A stretch of DNA of 33,326 nt. It comes from Phycisphaeraceae bacterium (lineage in GTDB: Bacteria > Planctomycetota > Phycisphaerae > Phycisphaerales > Zrk34). The stretch spans positions 1 to 33,326 of the forward strand of contig JBBDRF010000024.1 in assembly GCA_040905565.1 (NCBI GenBank), in the 5' to 3' direction. The translations under genes and the position numbers were made by a program. The notes under the pieces were generated by a model, which ran no database searches, was not told the DNA's origin, and saw only the letters and a list, made by a program, of their open reading frames with translations. Of this stretch, positions 18,896-30,141 are shown piece after piece (position 1 is the stretch's first letter; each line of letters opens with the position of its first letter).

Positions 18896-20623
18896 TCACG
18901 CCTCGTCGGTCACGCAGCCTTCGCTGGCGCTTTTTACATTTTTGATGTACTTGAACAACGTGCCGCGTTTGACTTTGTATGGCGGCATCTGCCACGCCGC
19001 CCGGCGTTTGGCGAGTTCGTCGTCGCTGAGATCGACGTCGATGCGGTTGGTTTCCGCGTCGATGGTGATCTTGTCACCGTCGCGCACCAGGGCGATCGGG
19101 CCGCCTTCCTGCGCTTCGGGCGTGATATGGCCGACGATGAAGCCGTGGCTACCGCCGGAGAAGCGACCATCGGTCAGCAGGGCGACGTCGTTGCCGAGGC
19201 CGGCACCCATGATGACGCTGGTGGGCGTGAGCATCTCCGGCATGCCGGGGCCGCCCTTGGGGCCTTCGTATCGGATGACGACCACGTCGCCCTTGACGAC
19301 CCTGCCTTCCTCCACGCCGCGGAGCATGTCCTCTTCGCAGTCGAACACGCGGGCGGTGCCGGTGAAGGCCAGCCCCTCCTTGCCGGTGATCTTGGCCACC
19401 CCGCCGCCGGGTGCGAGGTTGCCCTTGAGGATCGCGATGTGGCCGGTCTTCTTGATCGGGTCGCTGATCGGATGGAACACCTGCTGGCCCTTCTTCAGGC
19501 CCGGCACGCTGGCGAGGTTCTCAGCAATCGACTTGCCCGTCACCGTGGGCAGGTCGCCGTTGAGATAGCCTTCGTCCATCAGGTACTTCATCACCGCGGG
19601 CGTGCCGCCGGCGTGGTGCAGGTCTTCCATCACGTACTTGCCCGACGGCTTCAGGTCGGCCAGAAACGGCACCCGGTCTGACACTTTCTGGAAATCGTCG
19701 ATGGTGAGGTCGACGTCCACCGCCCGCGCCATCGCGATCAGGTGCAGCACCGCGTTGGTCGATCCACCCAGCGCCATCACCGCGACCATCGCGTTCTCGA
19801 ACGCGGCGCGGGTCATGATGTCGCGCGGCTTGATGTCATCTTCCAGCAATTTGAGGATTGCTTCGCCGGCCTTCTTGCACTCGTCGATCTTCTCGGCGCT
19901 CTCGGCTGGGGCGCTGCTGGAGTACGGCAGCGCCATGCCCATCGCTTCGATCGCGCTCGCCATCGTGTTGGCGGTGTACATCCCGCCACACGCGCCGGCA
20001 CCGGGGCAGGCCTTGCGGACGATCTGCTCGCGCTGCTGTTCGTCGATGCGGCCCGCGAGGTATTCGCCGTAGCTCTGGAAGGCGGAGACGATGTCGCGCG
20101 ACTCCTGCTTGCCCTGGAAGACGGTGCAGCCTGGCTTGATCGACCCGCCGTAGACCATGATGGCAGGGCGGTTCAGTCGGCCCATCGCGATCAGGCAGCC
20201 GGGCATGTTCTTGTCGCAGCCGGGGATCGCGATCAGCCCGTCGTACCACTGCGCCGCCATAACGCTTTCGATCGAGTCTGCGATCAGGTCGCGCGACTGG
20301 AGCGAGTAGCTCATCCCCTCCGTGCCCATTGAGATGCCATCAGAAACGCCGATGGTGTTGAAGCGCATACCCACCAGGCCCGCGTCGGTGACCCCGCGCT
20401 TGATGTCGGTGGCGAGGTCGTTCAGGTGCATGTTGCACGAATTGCCCTCGAACCACATGGCGGCGATACCGACCTGGGCCTTGTTCATATCATCGGGTGT
20501 GAGCCCCGTGGCGTAGAGCATCGCCTGCGACGCGCCCTGGCTCTTGCGCTGCGTGATACGGCTGGAATACTTGTTGAGCTTTCGCTCAGCGGCAGGGGGG
20601 GTGGTGGTGTCAGTCGTGGTCAT
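18896..20623 (-). CDS. ilvD: Dihydroxy-acid dehydratase
   Basis: Motifs [55 protein letters not shown] and TDGRFSG. Confidence 0.97.
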   Translation of the reverse strand: MTTTDTTTPPAAERKLNKYSSRITQRKSQGASQAMLYATGLTPDDMNKAQVGIAAMWFEGNSCNMHLNDLATDIKRGVTDAGLVGMRFNTIGVSDGISMGTEGMSYSLQSRDLIADSIESVMAAQWYDGLIAIPGCDKNMPGCLIAMGRLNRPAIMVYGGSIKPGCTVFQGKQESRDIVSAFQSYGEYLAGRIDEQQREQIVRKACPGAGACGGMYTANTMASAIEAMGMALPYSSSAPAESAEKIDECKKAGEAILKLLEDDIKPRDIMTRAAFENAMVAVMALGGSTNAVLHLIAMARAVDVDLTIDDFQKVSDRVPFLADLKPSGKYVMEDLHHAGGTPAVMKYLMDEGYLNGDLPTVTGKSIAENLASVPGLKKGQQVFHPISDPIKKTGHIAILKGNLAPGGGVAKITGKEGLAFTGTARVFDCEEDMLRGVEEGRVVKGDVVVIRYEGPKGGPGMPEMLTPTSVIMGAGLGNDVALLTDGRFSGGSHGFIVGHITPEAQEGGPIALVRDGDKITIDAETNRIDVDLSDDELAKRRAAWQMPPYKVKRGTLFKYIKNVKSASEGCVTDEA

Positions 20624-20693
20624 GATCAGGCTCCATCATTGGGAAGCCGATCATTGTAGCGAATCAGGAAAGGTGTCGGCGGCCTTTCCCTCA

Positions 20694-21122
20694 TCACGAC
20701 CGTACCTGTTTCTCCGCGGCATGGAGCAGTTCGTCGCAGCGCTCCCGGCTGACACCGAGCTTGTCAGCGAAGTGCTGGAGAATGACCCGCTGTTCCAGCG
20801 TGATGTCATCATTTGCCACCGCGACAGCGAACATCGCTTTCATGGCACCCTCCGGGTCACGATGAAGCGTTTCAAACATCTCGTGATAAAAGTTCGAGTC
20901 GCTTTCGGCCCGGTTGATCATCGCCTCCAACGAAGCCCGCCCGACGCCGGCTTCCTCGGCCAACGCTTCGAGCAGGACACGCTCCTTCTCATCGACCGCG
21001 CGATCCAGACCCGCCACACAGCAAGCCGCCCGCAATAATTCGACCTGACTTCGCGGCATTTCGCACGCCTCCCCGACACGCCGTGCCCGACGGTGCATCG
21101 ACGTCACGACTGAAATGGGCAT
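20694..21122 (-). CDS. TerB-like domain protein
   Basis: Two helical hairpins of TerB type (VAGLDRAVDEKERVLL and VAVANDDITLEQRVILQHFADKLGV). Start is uncertain. Confidence 0.65.
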   Translation of the reverse strand: MPISVVTSMHRRARRVGEACEMPRSQVELLRAACCVAGLDRAVDEKERVLLEALAEEAGVGRASLEAMINRAESDSNFYHEMFETLHRDPEGAMKAMFAVAVANDDITLEQRVILQHFADKLGVSRERCDELLHAAEKQVRS

Positions 21123-21276
21123 CCCGCGCTGCCCCGTCTCGGGCGGACGAAGTCAGCGAACACGCTCAAGCGTATCCACCGCACGATCCCGAAGCAATCT
21201 ATTGGCAGGGCGGTTGGCAGGGCGGTGGTTCGTGGCGCGGTCGTTGAAGCATTGTTTCGCCCTCCCCCCGGCGGGC

Positions 21277-22389
21277 TTAACGATCCCGACTATGCACCAG
21301 CGAAGCGTCGGCGACGAACTCGATTGGCGTGGTCGTTTCGTCGATGCTATTGCCGTGCACGTCGGTGATGCGCACCTTCAGGCGATATTTACCCACGGAA
21401 AGACGGGCCGGCAGCGTGACCATCTGCACGACGAAGAAGTCGCGGCGCTGATTGCGGGACTCATCGGTGATGCGCACCGGCTCGTTCCGCCAGACCGCCA
21501 GACCATCTGACTCGTTGTAGAGCACGACCTCCTGCTCCAGATTCACCTCATAGTTGCCGTTGGACTGGCGCTTGTGGCGGAAGTGGTCCAGTTCGCTGTA
21601 GGCGATGACACGTTGGTTCTGGCCGGCGAGGAAGGTGTGGTTCTCGAATGGGTCGTAGACGCCATAGCCGGAGACGCGTCGGCACAGTGCAAACGTGCGA
21701 ATCTCCAACGGCCAGTCACGGAACAACTCGTTCAACCGCCGCTCGATCGAGTAGCGTTCCAACTCTTGTCCCTGCGCCAGTTCCTGCCCGAGGGTCAGCA
21801 GCATCTGCTGAAAAAGTTCGACGCGCTCCCGTTGCGAACTCGTCAGGTTCCCAAGGACCGCCGGGTCGATTTCGTGGTTCGGGTCGGCGAGGCTGACGGC
21901 GGCGGCGATCAGCGCCTTGGACATCGCCGAGTTCTCACTTTCGCGTAGCCGTTCACGCAGCAGGGCGAGCAATTCTCGACGCGTCAGTGGATCGGGCGCA
22001 TCGTCGATATCGGTGACGGTCTTGTCCGACGAGGGCCCATGAGCTCCCCGTTCGCCGTCAGGCTCGGGCTCGTCCGCCGTGTCCAGCGTCGGTTCGGGCT
22101 GGCGGGCCTGACTGCGGGCGCGGATCTGCTGCCACTGTTCATCGGTGAGATCGTCCTCGGGCAGCTCCCAGCCTTGCGTCATCGCGTCGCTGAGCCGCTC
22201 GGCCATGGCCTGCGAGGACGAAGCAACCTCGTTGTTCGGCTCATTCGGCTCATCTGCCTCGGCGATAACCGTACGCTCTTTCTCCTCTTCTGTCTTTGAG
22301 GGACTGACGCAACCTGTCAACAGCAGGGCAACCGCGGCGGCGCTCAAGCTCAACGGTCGCAGCCAAGGTTTGAGCAAATGGTCGAACAT
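21277..22389 (-). CDS. Hypothetical lipoprotein (370 aa) with a C-terminal beta-sandwich-like region
   Basis: ATG 22389 follows GGAGG. LTGC lipobox, acidic linker, and C-terminal LPARLSVGKYRLKVRITD. Confidence 0.8.
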   Translation of the reverse strand: MFDHLLKPWLRPLSLSAAAVALLLTGCVSPSKTEEEKERTVIAEADEPNEPNNEVASSSQAMAERLSDAMTQGWELPEDDLTDEQWQQIRARSQARQPEPTLDTADEPEPDGERGAHGPSSDKTVTDIDDAPDPLTRRELLALLRERLRESENSAMSKALIAAAVSLADPNHEIDPAVLGNLTSSQRERVELFQQMLLTLGQELAQGQELERYSIERRLNELFRDWPLEIRTFALCRRVSGYGVYDPFENHTFLAGQNQRVIAYSELDHFRHKRQSNGNYEVNLEQEVVLYNESDGLAVWRNEPVRITDESRNQRRDFFVVQMVTLPARLSVGKYRLKVRITDVHGNSIDETTTPIEFVADASLVHSRDR

Positions 22390-22488
22390 GGGGCGTGCCT
22401 CCTGCACTTTGGTCCTGAACCCGCTCCGTGGGCATGGGGGCATATCCGCTCGGCCTTACCAACCTTCACGCGGACAAGGAAAAATTGC

Positions 22489-23505
22489 TTATTGCGACTT
22501 ATCGGTCAAATGGATGCTGAAACATTCGAGATTTCGCACCGGCTCGCCGAGCCCCGACTTGGCTCGACGGTCGGCCTGCAATACCTCATCGAACAACGCC
22601 ATGACCCGGTGCGGCGACATCTGACGCAAAGCCCCGAACAGCAGGGCCTGACGCGGGCCCCATAGCTTGAGCTGCTTGGCCGCAGCCGCTTCCGGCACGC
22701 CTGCCTGCCGGAGCATCCACGCAATGTTGAGCTTACGCATCAGGTCAGCAAGAAAATACGATACCAACTGCTCCGGCTGATTCGCCACGTCGATCAACTC
22801 ACGCAGTTTTGCGATCAACGGCCCCGGGTCGCGCTGCTGGATCGCCTGCAACGCCACTTCCTGCACCGCCCACGCCTGTTCCTCGCTGCTGCGCCCGACC
22901 ACCTCCCGCACCAGCGCCGGCTCGATGGCCGAACCAGGCTCGACCATCAGCGCCAACTTGCCCAGTTCCGAGTCGAGCTGCATCAGGCGCGGCCCGAGCC
23001 GATCGACCAATGCCTCGGCACCGGCTGGCGTAATCGTCGCCTGATGTTCCTTTCTGGCACGGGCGATCAGCCACGCCTTCGCCTCCGCGGGCGAGGGGGC
23101 GTCACACTTGATGATCGCGCCATGTTGGGCGATACGCTTGTCGAGATTGCCGCGATTCCACGTCCCGCTACGCAGCACGAGCGTGGCGTGGTCGACCGGG
23201 TGTTCCGCATACCGTTCCAGCGCGTCGCGATGCGTTTTGACGAACTGGTCGGCATCGTCCACGAGCACGAGCTTGTACGTCTGCATCAGCGAATAGCCGC
23301 GCAGTTCGTCGAGCACTTCGGCAAGCGGGGCCGTCTTGCCCTCAAAGTTGAAGGTTTCCACTTCGCCGCAGGCTTCAGTCAGCGCGGCCCGCAGCTCGTG
23401 GAGGCGAATCTGCTTCAGCATCTCGTCCGAGCCATGCAGAACGAGAAGGCGCATCGACGCATCGATCGCGGTGTCGGCTTGACGAGTTTGAGCGCGGCGA
23501 GCCAT
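22489..23505 (-). CDS. holA: DNA polymerase III delta subunit
   Basis: Motifs LLVLHGSDEML, SLMQTYKLVLVDDAD, LDSELGKL and ADRRAKSG; size 338 aa. Confidence 0.85.
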   Translation of the reverse strand: MARRAQTRQADTAIDASMRLLVLHGSDEMLKQIRLHELRAALTEACGEVETFNFEGKTAPLAEVLDELRGYSLMQTYKLVLVDDADQFVKTHRDALERYAEHPVDHATLVLRSGTWNRGNLDKRIAQHGAIIKCDAPSPAEAKAWLIARARKEHQATITPAGAEALVDRLGPRLMQLDSELGKLALMVEPGSAIEPALVREVVGRSSEEQAWAVQEVALQAIQQRDPGPLIAKLRELIDVANQPEQLVSYFLADLMRKLNIAWMLRQAGVPEAAAAKQLKLWGPRQALLFGALRQMSPHRVMALFDEVLQADRRAKSGLGEPVRNLECFSIHLTDKSQ

Positions 23506-23517
23506 GATGAGATTGTA

Positions 23518-23588
23518 CAGGAGTCAAGCGTCGGGCGTCAGCTATCGGCGACCCTTGGCTCCCTGCTCCTTGAGTCCTGAATCCTGAC
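23518..23588. repeat. Degenerate inverted heptamer array
   Basis: caggagt-caagcgt-cgggcgt-cagctat followed by cttggct-ccctgct-ccttgag-tcctgaa-tcctgac. The caggagtcaag and cttgagtcctg arms match 10/11 as an inverted pair. Confidence 0.55.
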
Positions 23589-23593
23589 ATATG

Positions 23594-23628
23594 AAAAAAG
23601 GCCCACCGGGTTTTACACCGGCGGGCCT
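23594..23628 (-). terminator. Rho-independent terminator of clpC
   Basis: Stem AGGCCCGCCGG/CCGGTGGGCCT followed by a T run on the minus strand, about 30 bp after the clpC stop. Confidence 0.85.
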
Positions 23629-23659
23629 GTGGAGGCAGGGGGATTATCAGGGGGCAGAC

Positions 23660-26188
<2,529 letters not shown>

Positions 26189-26665
26189 AGTTGGGTCGCT
26201 CGTTTCCGTGTGGTAATCGGGAGACTCCACCTTATTGTAGCCCACCGGTCGATGTCAGGTTCGTGATCCAGCGGCGAGCGGTTTTGATTCTACGCACGCG
26301 GTGGTGCTTTGGCATACAAGGGAAGCAAAAATGAGGCGATGTCTTCTGTTCGTCGGCATACGAGCGGTCCAGCTTCAGCCGACCCCTCGGAAGCGCCTTT
26401 CTTCACCTGTGAAACGGGTTTGCGCCGTTCTGTATTTCATTCAACATCAGCACCTTGAGCAACGATTATATCGGCTGCCGGGCTGAGCGACCGCCAAACT
26501 CGGCGCGCGGGTGGGGGCGATCCGCCGATCTGGCATAGCCCATCGGGGGGCGGCAGGGGGGCCGTTTCGTTATCATGCAAGGCAGCGGATGGGGGGAACA
26601 CTTAATTCAGGACCAGCCTTTCGGGGCCGCGCCGGGCTGTCGGTGCGTAAAGGGAGACGTTCATC

Positions 26666-27868
26666 ATGGCGAAAAAAAGCATCACCGACGTGGAAGTGAC
26701 GGGTAAGAAAGTGTTGATGCGGGTGGATTTCAACGTCCCGCTGGACGCGGATCGCATCACAGATGACCGACGTATCCGGATGGCGCTGCCGTCGATCCGC
26801 AGCGTGCTGGACCGTAGCGGCTCGGTGATCCTGATGAGTCATCTCGGCCGGCCAAAGGGCGAGGGCCCGGAGCCGGCGTTCAGCCTTGCACCGGTGGCCA
26901 AGCGGCTGGGTGAGCTGCTCGGCCGACAGGTCAGATTCGCACCCGATTGCGTGGGCGACGAAGTGGCCAAGCTGGCTGCTGAGATGGCGACCACCGGCGA
27001 CGTGCTGCTGCTGGAAAACCTCCGTTTTCACAAGGCGGAGAAGAAGGGCGAAGAGACATTTGCCGCGCAACTCGCCGACCTCGCCGACGTGTACTGCAAC
27101 AATGCGTTCGGCACCTGCCACCGGGACCACGCGTCGATGGTCGCCGTGCCGCGGGCGATGAAGGCGCAAGGGAAGCCGGCCGTGGCGGGCGACCTGGTGG
27201 AGAAGGAGATCGCTTTCCTGAAAGAAGCGATCGAAAAACCCGAGCGGCCGTTCGTCGCCATTCTGGGCGGAGCGAAAGTCTCGGACAAGATCGCCGTCAT
27301 CGATAACCTGCTTCATACCTGCGACAAAATCCTCATCGGCGGGGCGATGGCGTATACGTTCGCCCTGGCCCGAGGCAAGCAGGTCGGCGACAGCCTGGTG
27401 GAGAAGGACAAGGTCGAGGACGCCAAGCGCATGCTGGAAATCGGCAGCGACAAGCTCATGCTGCCAGTCGATACGCACTGTGCCGACGACTTCGGCAATC
27501 CGCAGGAAACGAAATTCGTCGAGGGTGATATCCCCGACGGCTTCGAGGGCATGGACATCGGTCCGAAATCCATCGAGCAGTTCACTGCCGCGGTGAAAGA
27601 TGCCAAGACGGTGGTGTGGAACGGTCCGATGGGCGTGTTCGAAAAGCCGCCGTTCGACGCGGGCACGAAGGCGGTGGCCGAAGCGATCGCCGAGGCGACG
27701 CGCAGCAACGAAGCGACAAGCATTATCGGCGGTGGCGACTCGGCCGCCGCGATCGAGATCATGGGCCTCGCCGAAAAGGTCAGCCACGTCAGCACGGGCG
27801 GCGGCGCCAGTCTGGAAATGCTCGAAGGCAAAAAGTTCAACAGCGTCGAACTGCTGGACGAGGCGTGA
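26666..27868 (+). CDS. pgk: Phosphoglycerate kinase
   Basis: Motifs [42 protein letters not shown] and [11 protein letters not shown]. Confidence 0.98.
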   Translation: MAKKSITDVEVTGKKVLMRVDFNVPLDADRITDDRRIRMALPSIRSVLDRSGSVILMSHLGRPKGEGPEPAFSLAPVAKRLGELLGRQVRFAPDCVGDEVAKLAAEMATTGDVLLLENLRFHKAEKKGEETFAAQLADLADVYCNNAFGTCHRDHASMVAVPRAMKAQGKPAVAGDLVEKEIAFLKEAIEKPERPFVAILGGAKVSDKIAVIDNLLHTCDKILIGGAMAYTFALARGKQVGDSLVEKDKVEDAKRMLEIGSDKLMLPVDTHCADDFGNPQETKFVEGDIPDGFEGMDIGPKSIEQFTAAVKDAKTVVWNGPMGVFEKPPFDAGTKAVAEAIAEATRSNEATSIIGGGDSAAAIEIMGLAEKVSHVSTGGGASLEMLEGKKFNSVELLDEA

Positions 27869-27894
27869 TCCGGTGGTTGCTGATAGATGCCCGG

Positions 27895-27995
27895 CCCGCC
27901 CACTTCAGTGGGCGGGATAGAGGTGCGCGCAACCATTACCCGCCCAGTGAACTGGGCAGGCCGAGGGTTTCAACCTGCACCTGGAAGTTGAAACC
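27895..27995. repeat. REP-like palindrome doublet plus a 9-bp inverted repeat between convergent genes
   Basis: cccgcccact-tc-agtgggcggg (27895-27916), an inverted sibling cccgcccagt-ga-actgggcagg (27939-27960), and ggtttcaac/gttgaaacc (27966-27995). Confidence 0.7.
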
Positions 27996-28009
27996 TGCAA
28001 CCGCAGCAT

Positions 28010-29053
28010 TTATGCCGCAGCACTTTCTCGGAACGTCGTCGGGCTGACGCCCAGATGTCGATGGAAGGTGGCGGTGAAGTGGCCGTGGGAGGCGAAGCCG
28101 GTCGTGGTGGCGATGTCGCCGATGGGCCGACGGGTACTGCTCAGCAGCCAACGCGCCACCATGAGTTGCGTCCGAAGCAGGTAGTGCTTGGGGCTGATCC
28201 CGGCGTGGCGGACGAACAGCCTGTGAAAGTGATAGGAGCTGACTTCCACCGCGTCGGCGACGTCATTGAGGGTCGGAGCGCTGGCATAGTGGTCGCTTAG
28301 GTACGCCATCGCTTGCGCGACCCGCGCGTCGTCGACGAGACCGACGGCCGGCGCGTCCTGCTTCGTCAGCGGACGCAGTTCCAGGTACCACGGGCCCGTG
28401 GCATGGTCATCAACGGGCATCCGACGACGAAAGCGCACCCATGTCGGTTCATCGTCTGCCATCATCGGCAGGTTGTGCACAGCGTCGTCGGCGAGGTTCG
28501 GCCACCGTTGGGCAATGAGCTTGTGCAGTTGCTCGATGAGCCGCGCGAACAAAGCCGGCTCCCGCAAACGGGTCGCTTCGCTGAACGGGTCGGCATGCAG
28601 CAACCGATCGTCATGGCTGACCAGCAACTGGCGAAGATTCGGCTCCGACAGGTGGTCGAACGCGGCGTTGATCTGACGTAACAGCACCAGCGCAAGTTTT
28701 TCGTCCACCGGCTCGAATGGCTGGTCGTGCCGAATAAGACCCAGGTACCATTGCTGAGAGCTGTTGGGGCTGGCCGGGAGCGACTGCGTCAACACCGATC
28801 CCTGGCGAGCCAGCACTTCGCGGGCGGCATCGAAACCAACCGCCAGTTGCGTCCGCCAATCCTGCACCACCTCGGCGGGGAGGGCGTGGGAACTCAAAAC
28901 CGCCGGCTCGCCAGGCTGATCACGATCCACCAGCGCCAGCAACATCGCCGTATGCGGGGTCAGCGGTTGAAGCGTTTCCCAGAAGGCGGTGTCACTAAAC
29001 GCCCAAGGAGCCAGCGGGCGAGCAGGCTGATCGTCATGCTGAAAGAGGCCCAA
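28010..29053 (-). CDS. AraC family transcriptional regulator
   Basis: C-terminal double HTH (TLNDVADAVEVSSYHFHRLF...IGDIATTTGFASHGHFTATF...GVSPTTFR). Likely TTG start at 29053 after GAGG; start is uncertain. Confidence 0.88.
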   Translation of the reverse strand: MGLFQHDDQPARPLAPWAFSDTAFWETLQPLTPHTAMLLALVDRDQPGEPAVLSSHALPAEVVQDWRTQLAVGFDAAREVLARQGSVLTQSLPASPNSSQQWYLGLIRHDQPFEPVDEKLALVLLRQINAAFDHLSEPNLRQLLVSHDDRLLHADPFSEATRLREPALFARLIEQLHKLIAQRWPNLADDAVHNLPMMADDEPTWVRFRRRMPVDDHATGPWYLELRPLTKQDAPAVGLVDDARVAQAMAYLSDHYASAPTLNDVADAVEVSSYHFHRLFVRHAGISPKHYLLRTQLMVARWLLSSTRRPIGDIATTTGFASHGHFTATFHRHLGVSPTTFRESAAA

Positions 29054-29241
29054 GGTGGCACCTCGTATAAGTTTATGGCGGCGCAAGTGTAGTACACGCA
29101 CAGTCGGTCTGCCGGTCCGCTACGCGGCAAGTCTGGTCATGCCCTCACTGCTTATCTAAGCGTAGCGCTAAATCGGCGCTTGGCAACAGGGATGTTGCGA
29201 TCCATCGCGATTGAGCCGCGATCAATGGCCGGGGCCTGACG

Positions 29242-29772
29242 TTACATGGCATGCACGAGGTGTGGCCCCGCAGCATCTTCCGCCGGCTGCTCAAGATGCC
29301 AGCGCATCGCATCGCCTCGACAGTCGATGTGAGCGCTGAAAAACCGCCCCCGATAGCGCCAGAACAACGGCCAGATGATCCGCCGATCCGTCTCCGGCAG
29401 CGGCAGCTTGGCGATCGTGGCCGGGTCATGCCATTCCAATCGCCCTTCGCGAAACTCGGTACGGTCCACCGTGACCGGATGTGTCACTTCATACAGGAAC
29501 ATGAGCCAGTGGGTTTCGTTGTTCAGCGCCGTTTCCGAAACGATCCCGGTCAGGTGTAACTCCGAAGGTGTAAGGGCCAGCCCCGCTTCTTCTTCGATCT
29601 CGCGCACCGCACACGTGGTCGGACTTTCCCCGTCAGCCTGCTCCAACTTGCCCCCAATCGGCGAATAGAGATCGCGGTTCGGAGCCTTCCGGCGGTGCAG
29701 CAGCAGCACCTGCTCGTCATGGTCGAAAAGGTAGCACAGCACGGCAATCTGGTAAGGTAGCACCTTGGTCAT
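29242..29772 (-). CDS. NUDIX hydrolase (MutT-like)
   Basis: Nudix box GGKLEQADGESPTTCAVREIEEEAGL; start at ATG 29772. Confidence 0.9.
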   Translation of the reverse strand: MTKVLPYQIAVLCYLFDHDEQVLLLHRRKAPNRDLYSPIGGKLEQADGESPTTCAVREIEEEAGLALTPSELHLTGIVSETALNNETHWLMFLYEVTHPVTVDRTEFREGRLEWHDPATIAKLPLPETDRRIIWPLFWRYRGRFFSAHIDCRGDAMRWHLEQPAEDAAGPHLVHAM

Positions 29773-29821
29773 AAGGCGGGCGATGGTAGCACAACGCACG
29801 GGTTCGGCGAACGATACGCAT

Positions 29822-29856
29822 CGCGAACCGCGAACCGCGAACCGCGAACCGTGAAA
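29822..29856. repeat. Heptamer tandem repeat (CGCGAAC)x4 plus one degenerate unit
   Basis: Read directly: cgcgaac cgcgaac cgcgaac cgcgaac cgtgaaa. Confidence 0.9.
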
Positions 29857-29939
29857 GCCGGGACCGATCGAACGTCCGATAATATATGTTATGTATAATT
29901 CGTCCCTCGGCCGGGGGTGATTGTTGGCTTCCATGGGGC

Positions 29940-29956
29940 TTGGCACGGGTCCGGCT
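29940..29956 (+). promoter_or_regulatory. Putative sigma-54 promoter upstream of shc
   Basis: TTGGCACGGGTCCGGCT: consensus -24 block and GG-N10-GC spacing, but a weak -12 block. Confidence 0.4.
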
Positions 29957-30141
29957 CGTCGTAGCCTGATTTGATTCAATTCAGCCGCGGATCTCTTGCA
30001 GGCTCCAAGACGGCTTGCCCGGTCGCCTGAAGTTGGTGGTTGCTTCCTCTCGGACGTTCCGCGTAGGCTGGGCGGCGCTTAGAACGCACGCCACTTGCGG
30101 GCGTTGGTGCTTAACGAAGGCATTGGCGGGAGTCGGGAAGC

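Noticed and set aside
26311..26540. Three GGCATA motifs in the clpC-pgk intergenic region as sigma-54 or heat-shock operators
   Set aside because: None has GG-N10-GC spacing, no CIRCE or CtsR box is evident, and the match is too short to be significant.
29822..29856. CRISPR array
   Set aside because: It is a simple 7-bp tandem repeat with no spacers, and there are no cas genes in the window.
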